Positions 37,842 through 46,401 of a stretch of DNA of 64,000 nucleotides are shown piece by piece. The DNA is from Candidatus Latescibacterota bacterium (GTDB lineage: Bacteria; Latescibacterota; UBA2968; UBA8231), in NCBI GenBank assembly GCA_965203175.1, contig OZ241867.1, positions 5,760,001 through 5,824,000 of the forward strand, written 5' to 3'. The translations under genes were made by a program, and so were the position numbers. A model generated the notes under the pieces. It saw only the letters and a list, made by a program, of their open reading frames with translations, did no database searches and had not been told where the DNA came from. Every line of letters starts with the position of its first letter. The first letter of the stretch is position 1.

Positions 37842-40154
37842 GTGAAACGACTATGGCTTAGTTTGCTGACGCTGGTTTTGCCAGCGAGTTTTGCCCATTC
37901 TCAAGAGGTTTTTGAAATAAACACTAAGGCGCAGTGGGAGACGTGGATCTACCCGCTTGGGGCTGTTGACCTGCGAGGGGATGGATCAATCCGGCCGGTC
38001 AAGTTCGAGCAGCCCTTTAACGCCGCACCGAGTTCCCCCCTGTTCACGCACGAGATAAAAGCCACTTCGTCATGCGCCAAGCCCTGCATTCAGGCCGGTG
38101 GAGTCTGGAAGGTCGGATCTAATGAGGCCGACGCTTCTCTGATTATCGACGGCGACACCACCACCTATTGGAAACCCAGCCAAGACGACCCGATCGACAC
38201 TTGGTGGCTCGAGATCGACTTGGGCAGGATGGTGGCCGTCAAGGAGGTTCGCCTGCACTTCCCCGACGAGGAAGGAGCGCGCCCGCTGCGGGCACTCCGG
38301 GTCTTTGGCTCCGACGGCAAGTTCCAGAGTATCACTGATAACGTCTTCCTCTTCAACCTCATCGGCGGCACGACCAAGCGCAACGAAGAGACCCTCTTGT
38401 CGTATCCAGTGTCCTTCGGCGAGGCTACCAAAAGGGTGCTGAGCTTTGGCCAGCCCGCCGAGGACGCTGACGCCTCCACGGCCTTCGCGCCCACCCAATA
38501 CATCCGCATCATAGCCGACGTCAAGAGCGAGGACGCGGCCCTTGCAGAAGTCGAGGTCATCTCGTTTGGACAAAACATCTCCCAAGGGACCGTGGGGCGA
38601 GGTGGGATCATCGACGATCAGGGCAAGGAGCGCGCTCCGGCGATAATCGACGGCAATGTCAATACCTTCTGGGAGGAACTCAACTGGAGTGAGACCGGCC
38701 AGTTTATCGCCCAATGGCGCTGGGATCTGGGCGCTGTCTTTTGGATCAACCGCGTCATCTTCGTAGCGTTTCAGGAGACCACCACTTGGGGTCGGCCGCG
38801 CATCTTGCGCCACCGGCTGCTGGGGTCAGCCGGTGAACTCAAGCCCTCCGGCGACATCGACTTCGACATTCTCTTCGACTTCCCCGCGCCAGGCGATTGG
38901 CACAATCCCGAGCCGATTACTTATCTCATGCACCCGTACCGGCCCCTGCGCCATCTCGAAATGATCTTCGGGGGCAGCAGCAGCGGCGCGATAGCCGAAG
39001 CTGTCGTCGTACCCACCGGCTATGTCGCCGAAGTGGAATTGCGTTCGGATTTCCTCAAGGTACACGACCGCCCCAAAGTTTTCCGCACTCTCGAATGGGA
39101 TGCCGACTTACCCCCAGGAACGCAAATTATGGCGCAGACGCGCTCGGGCAGCGGCCTCGACGAGGGCAATACGTACTACCACCGCAAAGGCCACGAAGTA
39201 ACCAAGGACGAATATGACGCCTTGAAGAAACGGTGGAAGGGCGATATCGTGCCCTACATTCGGCCGACCCAGGATTGGAGCGGCTGGAGCAATACCTACC
39301 TGTTCTCCGGCCAAGAGTTTCTCTCGCCCAGCCCAAGGCGCTACGTGCAGTTCAGGGTGCTGCTCAAATCGGACAGCCCAGACGTGGCCCCCACCCTAAA
39401 GGGGCTGCGGCTCAACTACACGGACTCGTTCCTCAACGGGGCGCTCGGCCAAGTCACCCCCAACGAGGCCCAAGTGGGCCAGCCGGAAAACTTTACGTAC
39501 GTATTGCAACCGGACTTCAAATCTGGAGACAAGGGGTTTAACCGCCTGCGGCTAAACACGCCGTCTCAAGCAGCAGCCGAGAGCGTGGTCATTCGCGTCT
39601 CCGGTGCCGAGATCGAGCCGGTCTCCCTAGAGCTGTTGCCCGACTCGCTGGTAGTGGAACTGCCGCAACTCATTCGGCGGCAAGAGGTTGAAATTGACCT
39701 GCAGGTCAACGTATTCGCCAATCCCTATCTCTTTTCTGCCTTTGTCGGCCACACCGACGAAATGGAGTTCTGGCAGCAGGTCGATCCGGCCGGGAGGGCG
39801 GCCACCACGGTATTTCTGCCCGAAGTGCCCGCGTCCGAGAGCTTGCTCGACAAAGTCTCCATTGCGCCCAAAGTCCTCACGCCCAACGGCGACGGGATCG
39901 GCGACCAAGCCGAGATTCGCTTCGCGGTATTGAAGGCAGACGCCCCGGTAGCGGTCGATATCTATGCGCTCGACGGGCGGCAGGTCGGCTCGTTGGTGGG
40001 CGGCCGCAGTAGCGACGGCTTTCTCGTCTATACGTGGAATGGCGCAGATGACGAGGGCCGGCGCGTGCCCCCGGGGATTTACGTGTGCCGAATCGAGGTG
40101 GACGCGCAGGCCGATGTCCAGAATCTGACGCAGGTCATCAACGTAGCGTACTAA
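37842..40154 (+). CDS. Secreted discoidin-like/WSxWS protein with PNGDG-type C-terminal domain (subtype I)
   Basis: AAGGAG then GTG 37842; WETW..PLGAVDL, IDGDTTTYW, DWSGWS..SPSPRRY, LTPNGDGIGD; ends INVAY. Confidence 0.8.
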   Translation: MKRLWLSLLTLVLPASFAHSQEVFEINTKAQWETWIYPLGAVDLRGDGSIRPVKFEQPFNAAPSSPLFTHEIKATSSCAKPCIQAGGVWKVGSNEADASLIIDGDTTTYWKPSQDDPIDTWWLEIDLGRMVAVKEVRLHFPDEEGARPLRALRVFGSDGKFQSITDNVFLFNLIGGTTKRNEETLLSYPVSFGEATKRVLSFGQPAEDADASTAFAPTQYIRIIADVKSEDAALAEVEVISFGQNISQGTVGRGGIIDDQGKERAPAIIDGNVNTFWEELNWSETGQFIAQWRWDLGAVFWINRVIFVAFQETTTWGRPRILRHRLLGSAGELKPSGDIDFDILFDFPAPGDWHNPEPITYLMHPYRPLRHLEMIFGGSSSGAIAEAVVVPTGYVAEVELRSDFLKVHDRPKVFRTLEWDADLPPGTQIMAQTRSGSGLDEGNTYYHRKGHEVTKDEYDALKKRWKGDIVPYIRPTQDWSGWSNTYLFSGQEFLSPSPRRYVQFRVLLKSDSPDVAPTLKGLRLNYTDSFLNGALGQVTPNEAQVGQPENFTYVLQPDFKSGDKGFNRLRLNTPSQAAAESVVIRVSGAEIEPVSLELLPDSLVVELPQLIRRQEVEIDLQVNVFANPYLFSAFVGHTDEMEFWQQVDPAGRAATTVFLPEVPASESLLDKVSIAPKVLTPNGDGIGDQAEIRFAVLKADAPVAVDIYALDGRQVGSLVGGRSSDGFLVYTWNGADDEGRRVPPGIYVCRIEVDAQADVQNLTQVINVAY

Positions 40155-40194
40155 TTAGCCCATTCGGCAAAGCCTCTTGAGGGAGGGGTATCTC

Positions 40195-42831
40195 ATGTAT
40201 TTGTTTCGCATCCGATCGGCATTGTGTGTAGTACTCTCGCTGCTAGCTCTAGACTGGTACAGCGCTTCGGCCCAGTTGACTACAGGCTATCGGCCCATAG
40301 CCGAGCCAGGGATCTACGGAGTGCGCATCCACCCCGGCGCCCTAGCGCCCAACCGCCGCAAGTTCTACCTGCCGCAAAATCTCTTCTACGAATACGGTTG
40401 GCGGGGCTGGGAGTACAGCAACTACGCCCGCGACGAATACGAGCGCTACGTCGATATACAGCTAGAGGGCAACCGCCACTACGATGCCTTTGGCAACTAC
40501 ATCGCCCGCGGCTGGACGATTTACGACTGGACCGAGAACAACCCCCTGCGCCAGGGCAGCGGCATCTTCAAAAGCCCGCGCTATAGCAGTTGGTTCGACC
40601 GCGTGGTGATCTCGTCTGCCCACAAGGGCCAATTTCACACCGCGCTGACAGTAGGCGACGCCATTCGCACCACCCTAACCCCCCTGACCTTCTCTAAACC
40701 AACCTTTAACGGCATCCAGTGGGACTTCCTCTCCGACAAGTACGCATTCACGTTCCTCGGCTCGCGCATCAGCTCACCGGCCAACCCGGCCGGGACCCAG
40801 TCTCAGGCCGCAGCCCTGGTGGAAAACTCCACCCGCCTGCTCGGTGGCCGGGGCGTGGCCCAAGTGGGAGACTTTGCCAAGGTGGGGGCGACGTGGGTCA
40901 GTGCCCACAACGCGCGGAGCACCCTCGACATGGGCGACAATTCGCTCAAGGGCGTGTTGACCACGCCGCAGAACACGGGCAGCGTCGAGACCGTGACGAT
41001 CCTCATCTCAGACGATTCTCCCGAGTCGAGCGAAGACGGCGCGCTGCTATTTTTCGACCGAGTGCTAATCGACGGCGAGATTCACCCGGAAATCACCCCA
41101 ATCGTCCGCGGCGGGATCCGCACCGGCGGCAGCTTGGAAGCCAAGGGTGTGGACAACATCGAACTGATCTACGACATCCGCAACAGCTTCCGGCCCACCG
41201 AAAAGGTGCCAACCTATCAGGAGGCGAGTAAAATCGAGTTCGAGTTGATTCTGGCCAACGACTACCGAGTAGCCGTCACGTCCAACGTGCAAACCGACCG
41301 CTTGGGCGATCCAGTCTTTTTGCCCGTGGCGCAAGCCGAAGGCGAAATATCCGACGGGTCGAACCAGCAATTTCTGCGCTTTGAGTACGGGCTGCCCACC
41401 GGCAGCGATGTAATAGGGGTAGATTTTGAGATTCTAAGCCTCGGCGGGTTAGACCTGCGCGCCGAGTTCGTGCGCAACCGGCGCTTCCGGCGCTTCCCCA
41501 ACCAAAACCTAGAGCAACACACCCTCGCCGAAGACAAGGGAGAGGCCGGTTATGTCACCGCGTCTTACGCTTCTTATCCGTGGTTTGCCTACGGCGAGAT
41601 GTTCACCATGGACCCCAATTACAGCACGACTGCGTTCATGGCCAACTCGCTGGGCGGCATCGATTACAGCAGTGAAATTTTCCACCTCTTCGAATTCGTC
41701 GATGACAACGACGACCAAGATCGCTTTGCCGACTGGCAGCGGGCCGGCCAATTCGGCACCGGGATAGGCGCTTCGGGCGGCTCGGTGGGTGCCGACTTAG
41801 CGGTGTTCCCCGGGCTAGACGAGAACAACGATTTCGTCTCCGACTTCAACCAAAACCGCAACTCGCGGCCCGACTACGACGAGCCTTTCCTGCGCTATGA
41901 GGTCGATCCGCCGGCTTTTCTCTTCGGCATGGACATGAACAACAACACCCTGATTGACCGCTTTGAAGACGACCGCCAGCCCGACTATCCCTACGACCGC
42001 GATCACCGTGGCTACAACGCCTACGGCGGCTTTATGCTCAGCGAGGACGCACAGCTAACCCTCGGCCGCTTGAGCGAACGCCAGCTAAGCTCGGCGCGCA
42101 AGAGCAAAGCCAACTACGGTTTGTTCACCGTGCGCTGGAACTTCCCGGGCTTGCGGGTCGCGCTCTTTGAACACGCGAAACTCGTGTCAGACAACATCCG
42201 AGAAGACCGCTTGCTGTGGGTTGACCCAACGGGACGGACGGACTTTACTGATCCGCTCGACAACCAAGACACTTTCGTTAACAGCATCTACTTGCAGGCG
42301 AACTACAATCGCATCCGCAACTTCAGGGCGACCGCCAAAGTCAAACACGAGCTTTTCAACCAGCGGGGTGAGCAGGCTGCCGACAAGCGCGACCGCTCGT
42401 TTTTCGGGCTGATCACCAAAGCCGACTACACCATTCCCATCGGCGCGGATCTGACCATCTGGCCCAAGTGGAAGAGTACCTTCAGGCGCGAAACCCCCAC
42501 CGATCTGTCGCAGGCCAATATCCGCGAGCTAGAGGAAACCCTGTTCTTGGTTTCGCGCTATGCGATCCTCGAACAGACTTGGATCGCGCTCGGCCTAGAG
42601 TTCAGTTGGTTTGAAAACTTGCGCGACCGGCCGGCCGAGCTACAAGTCGGTTATGCCGAGGACTTTACCAGCCGCGTCTATTCGATCCTGTTCTCCAATA
42701 CTTCGGCCTATTTGGGGTACCAGCTAACCTTGAATGCGGGCCTGCAGCTAGAGGAACAAAACTTTGAGGCCGAGAAGCGCAACACCTCGCTTGGGTTCAT
42801 TCGCATTTTCGCCAGCACCGGCCAAGAGTAA
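40195..42831 (+). CDS. Large putative outer-membrane protein with Asp-rich loops (paralog 2)
   Basis: GGAGG then ATG 40195; shares IRTTLTPLTFS, FNGIQWDF, DDNDDQD, VFPGLDENND, DRFE.D...DYPY with 12523-15138. Confidence 0.6.
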   Translation: MYLFRIRSALCVVLSLLALDWYSASAQLTTGYRPIAEPGIYGVRIHPGALAPNRRKFYLPQNLFYEYGWRGWEYSNYARDEYERYVDIQLEGNRHYDAFGNYIARGWTIYDWTENNPLRQGSGIFKSPRYSSWFDRVVISSAHKGQFHTALTVGDAIRTTLTPLTFSKPTFNGIQWDFLSDKYAFTFLGSRISSPANPAGTQSQAAALVENSTRLLGGRGVAQVGDFAKVGATWVSAHNARSTLDMGDNSLKGVLTTPQNTGSVETVTILISDDSPESSEDGALLFFDRVLIDGEIHPEITPIVRGGIRTGGSLEAKGVDNIELIYDIRNSFRPTEKVPTYQEASKIEFELILANDYRVAVTSNVQTDRLGDPVFLPVAQAEGEISDGSNQQFLRFEYGLPTGSDVIGVDFEILSLGGLDLRAEFVRNRRFRRFPNQNLEQHTLAEDKGEAGYVTASYASYPWFAYGEMFTMDPNYSTTAFMANSLGGIDYSSEIFHLFEFVDDNDDQDRFADWQRAGQFGTGIGASGGSVGADLAVFPGLDENNDFVSDFNQNRNSRPDYDEPFLRYEVDPPAFLFGMDMNNNTLIDRFEDDRQPDYPYDRDHRGYNAYGGFMLSEDAQLTLGRLSERQLSSARKSKANYGLFTVRWNFPGLRVALFEHAKLVSDNIREDRLLWVDPTGRTDFTDPLDNQDTFVNSIYLQANYNRIRNFRATAKVKHELFNQRGEQAADKRDRSFFGLITKADYTIPIGADLTIWPKWKSTFRRETPTDLSQANIRELEETLFLVSRYAILEQTWIALGLEFSWFENLRDRPAELQVGYAEDFTSRVYSILFSNTSAYLGYQLTLNAGLQLEEQNFEAEKRNTSLGFIRIFASTGQE

Positions 42832-42853
42832 GAAGAACCGGCGAACATTGAAC

Positions 42854-42882
42854 TTGCTAAGCCCCCTTAAAAAACGTAATAT
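42854..42882 (+). promoter_or_regulatory. Candidate internal promoter for the second CBM9-like gene
   Basis: TTGCTA-17 nt-TAATAT in a 109-nt spacer. Confidence 0.45.
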
Positions 42883-42940
42883 AGTGCGTCTTAGAAGATG
42901 AATCGTCGATAGCTACACCACTATCCCACGGAGGGAACGT

Positions 42941-43870
42941 ATGAAAAAAATCCTTTTTCTTTCTGTCGTTTGCGCTGCAGCGTTCGCCTTAGTCAGTCCG
43001 GCTAACGCGCACGTCGGCGCTGAGTATTTCATCCCAGGAGTGCCCAACCCCAGCGCCATGACCATCGATGGCCTCGAAGACGATTGGGGCTGGTTGGACG
43101 AGGAATTTATCCTCACGACCGAGGGCATGTTTACCGCCGGGGGTGAGACCATTGAGAAGGAAGACTACGACGTCAGCATTCTGATGGCGTGGAGCACGCC
43201 ACCGGATAATCGCTTCTACTTCTTCATTCGCGTTCAAGACGACACCCTGCGTCTAATCGAAGAAGACCAGAAACGCTGGTGGAACGACGACTGCATTCAG
43301 ATCACCTTCGATCCGGATCACTCGGGCGGCGACTTCTTGGGCGAAAACGTCGATCAGGTTCTCAACGCGCAGCGCTATCACCTGCGCATCAAGCCGCTGC
43401 CGGGCCAGCCCGTGGCGTACAACAGCTTGCTCGAATACATCGACTTGCCGCCGATCGGCTGGAGTTCGGATATGTTTGAGGGCGAACCTACGGGCGACAT
43501 CTTCGAGATCGCCTGGACCGTCAATCCACCGGATGCCGAGCATTTCTCGACCAATGTCTCTTACACCTTCGAGTTCCGCAACGCTTTTTGGGACATCCAC
43601 GGTGTGACCCAAGACGAGGCGATTCGGCACATATTCGAAAATGATCAAGTGACCCATATCGGCGTGCGTCCGCTCGATGGCGACGGCGGCGAGACCGGTG
43701 CCAAGCATCAGCTTTATCCGCTGGGTGGCTCCACAGGTCAAGACCAGAAGGGCGACCAGATGCTCGACTATATCCTGCTGGAGGCCGACGAAGTCGAAAT
43801 CGAGGACACGGCGGTCGAAGCCACAAGTTGGGGTCGAGTCAAGAGTCATTTGAACAGCCAGCTCGACTAA
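42941..43870 (+). CDS. Secreted CBM9/DOMON-like protein with C-terminal TAVEATSWGRVK motif (paralog 2)
   Basis: GGAGG RBS; signal peptide; TIDGLEDDW, RVQDD, DDCIQITFDPD; paralog of 5363-6274. Confidence 0.72.
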   Translation: MKKILFLSVVCAAAFALVSPANAHVGAEYFIPGVPNPSAMTIDGLEDDWGWLDEEFILTTEGMFTAGGETIEKEDYDVSILMAWSTPPDNRFYFFIRVQDDTLRLIEEDQKRWWNDDCIQITFDPDHSGGDFLGENVDQVLNAQRYHLRIKPLPGQPVAYNSLLEYIDLPPIGWSSDMFEGEPTGDIFEIAWTVNPPDAEHFSTNVSYTFEFRNAFWDIHGVTQDEAIRHIFENDQVTHIGVRPLDGDGGETGAKHQLYPLGGSTGQDQKGDQMLDYILLEADEVEIEDTAVEATSWGRVKSHLNSQLD

Positions 43871-43905
43871 GCAAAGGCTGTATTGCATCAGCCGTCTAGC
43901 AAAGA

Positions 43906-43935
43906 GAGGAGGGGCAACTGCCCCTCCTCATCTTG
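43906..43935 (+). terminator. Hairpin downstream of CBM9-like gene
   Basis: GAGGAGGGGC-AACT-GCCCCTCCTC 10-bp stem with a weak T tail. Confidence 0.6.
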
Positions 43936-43973
43936 TATTAATAGCTTTGGCCAACAAAGAAGCGAGGATAGCC

Positions 43974-44729
43974 ATGAAGCCATTGGGTAGCTTGCTCCTA
44001 TTGCTAATCGCGCTCGCCGGATGCGGCTTAAAGTTCGGGTATCGGCACTTTACCGGTCCGGTGGTGCCCGCGGAAATCGCGGACGACAACTACTTGGTCG
44101 GCGACGACCACAGCATCACTTTCGTCAAAGATCGTCTAGAGGTAGCGATGTTGCCCATGTCGTCCGAGGCCCTGAATCGGCAATTCGCCGGCGTCTCAGC
44201 GGCTCCTGAGGGCTTTACCCTGCCCAATCCCTACGCCGTGGCTACCAATCCCTATACCTATGGCGATTGGACGCCGCCCGGCGAAGAGGAGGCTCCGACG
44301 CGATTTACCGTATTTTTGGTCAAAGTCAAAAACTACGCCTATCCCAAAGTTCGCCTAAATCCAGCCAACATCGAATTGATCGCCCCCAACGGGCGTCGCT
44401 ACGAGGCGCTCAGTCTCCTCTCCCTGACCGAGTACTATTGGCCCTACGCCCAAGCCTACGGCGGCAATGCGCGCAAGGGGTTCAAGGAGCGGCGCGATCT
44501 CTTGAATCGCACCCTGTTTGCCGACGACATGATCTTCAGCGGCCAAGAGCAAGAGGGATATTTGGTCTTTCCCCCTCTCGACCGCGACGTCGAGGAATTC
44601 ACGCTGTGGGTCCGCGATATGGTGCTGAGATTCGACTTCCGCGACGCACCTGTGGAGACTGTGGATATACCCTATGACTTCCAGCGCGAAGTGTACTACG
44701 CCCGGACTCGGCGTGCAGATAAGAGTTGA
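43974..44729 (+). CDS. Conserved cluster lipoprotein (paralog 2)
   Basis: GAGG then ATG 43974; lipobox LAGC; NPYTYGDW, KNYAYPKV, NGRRY, FSGQEQEGY. Confidence 0.75.
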   Translation: MKPLGSLLLLLIALAGCGLKFGYRHFTGPVVPAEIADDNYLVGDDHSITFVKDRLEVAMLPMSSEALNRQFAGVSAAPEGFTLPNPYAVATNPYTYGDWTPPGEEEAPTRFTVFLVKVKNYAYPKVRLNPANIELIAPNGRRYEALSLLSLTEYYWPYAQAYGGNARKGFKERRDLLNRTLFADDMIFSGQEQEGYLVFPPLDRDVEEFTLWVRDMVLRFDFRDAPVETVDIPYDFQREVYYARTRRADKS

Positions 44730-44730
44730 A

Positions 44731-46401
44731 ATGGCGGCGCGTGCGATCGGTTGTTTGTCTCTGGTCATTATCGCCGCCTGTAGTTCCCCCCAAGACGATA
44801 CAAGCATCGTAGCCCGCGTGGGCGAAGTCGCTATTACTTTCGAAGATTTACAGCGCTTCAAAAGCGACATGCCTCCCCTCCTACTCTCTGAGCGTGAAGG
44901 CGTCGCTGCATTCGACGAATACCTCCAAGCAATGATCGACATGGAGCTCCTGTTGCTAGAGGCGCGAAGGAGACAGATTGACAGCGACCCAGATTTTATA
45001 GAGCAATGGGAACAGGAGCGGGGAAAAAAGCTCTTCCAGGAATTCGTCAAGCTGGAAATCCAAGACAAAATCGACCTGCCGCAAGAGGAAATACAACGGC
45101 AGTGGGGCGAGAGCAAGTGGAACCGGCTACTAAAACTTGCCCGTATCCGCTCAGGTACCGCCGACGAGGCCGCCCAGGCCCTGCGTGTCCTAGAGAATGG
45201 GACCCCGTTTGAGGAACTGTCCGGCCAACCCCTGACCCACCTTCAGCAAGGGAGTCACCAGGGGGAGTTGAACTCCTACGTTGGACGGGACAATATCGAA
45301 GAGTTCGGGGTTTCGCTCGATGTGGCGGAGGTGCTCTTTGATCTCGCTAAAGGCGAGACTAGCGCGCCGCTGAAGGTCGAAGCCGGCTACGACATATATA
45401 AGGTGTTGGACGAACGTCCCGCGCCGGCCAGCTATTACTTAGTCTTTTCCCAAGGGGTGCTAATGGCCACCTTCGGCGAACGTCGGCGAGCGCTCATTAC
45501 CGAGTTGATGGGGGAATACAATGTCGAACTGGATCCCCATAGTATCGCCGAGTTAGCCACCAGCGTCGCCCAAGACAATGTGGAGGCTATCGACGCAGAG
45601 GGCATTCTGGGCCGATACGACGGTGGCCAGATCACACTAGCTGATTTCCTAGCGCTCTACCCGAAGGTGCGTCGGGTCGCCTCAGTGGGCACCGACAGTA
45701 GCGGTATTGATGAGTTCGTCCGGCTCTATCTGGTGCCCGAGGTACTCTTCCCCGTGGCAATCGAACGCCGCGGCTTGGCGCAGGAGTCGGCGATATCCGA
45801 CTGGCTGCGGATGAAAAAACGCGCGATGCTCATCGAAGAGCTGCGCCGCCGCGACGTGGAAGAGCACGTCGATCTGAGCGAAGATGTGCTTCGACGCTAC
45901 TACGAGGCCAATCAGCATCGTTTCATGGAAGATCGAGAAGTGACCGTGCAGGAGATCCTAGTTGCCACCCAAGAAGAGGCGGAGGCGCTAGCGGCACGCA
46001 TTCGAGCGGGTGCAGATATGGCGGCCTTGGCTGCAAGTCGCAGCATCCGCCAAGGCCGCGACGAGGGGCACTTCCACATCCACTCCTTTGAGCGGGTGGT
46101 TTTCGGTGAGCTGTTGACAGAGGCCCTAGCCGCGGAGGTTGGCGTGCTCACTGGTCCGGTGGCCATCACTGAGACTCCACACCGCCAAGGTGGTTTCTCG
46201 CTGTTTAAAGTCCTAGAAAAGACCCCTGAAAAGCCCAAGCCATACGACGAGGTAGTCAAACAAGTTCGCTACTGGTGGACCAAGGGGGAGGAAAATCGCC
46301 TCTATAAAGAACTGACTGACCGCCTGCGGGAAAAGTATGCCGCACAAATCTCCATCTACGAGGATCACTTGGCGACCATGTATGACGCGGCTCAGCTATA
46401 G
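44731..46401 (+). CDS. Parvulin-type peptidyl-prolyl isomerase / SurA-like lipoprotein
   Basis: ATG 1 nt after upstream stop; lipobox IAAC; two rotamase-like regions (GTPFEELS; QEILV..EEAEAL..RIRAGADMAALA). Confidence 0.78.
   Translation: MAARAIGCLSLVIIAACSSPQDDTSIVARVGEVAITFEDLQRFKSDMPPLLLSEREGVAAFDEYLQAMIDMELLLLEARRRQIDSDPDFIEQWEQERGKKLFQEFVKLEIQDKIDLPQEEIQRQWGESKWNRLLKLARIRSGTADEAAQALRVLENGTPFEELSGQPLTHLQQGSHQGELNSYVGRDNIEEFGVSLDVAEVLFDLAKGETSAPLKVEAGYDIYKVLDERPAPASYYLVFSQGVLMATFGERRRALITELMGEYNVELDPHSIAELATSVAQDNVEAIDAEGILGRYDGGQITLADFLALYPKVRRVASVGTDSSGIDEFVRLYLVPEVLFPVAIERRGLAQESAISDWLRMKKRAMLIEELRRRDVEEHVDLSEDVLRRYYEANQHRFMEDREVTVQEILVATQEEAEALAARIRAGADMAALAASRSIRQGRDEGHFHIHSFERVVFGELLTEALAAEVGVLTGPVAITETPHRQGGFSLFKVLEKTPEKPKPYDEVVKQVRYWWTKGEENRLYKELTDRLREKYAAQISIYEDHLATMYDAAQL

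Noticed and set aside
2793-40154. Flagellar hook-capping (flgD) genes
   Set aside because: Only the C-terminal Ig-like domain resembles FlgD; the proteins have Sec signal peptides and no flagellar genes are nearby.
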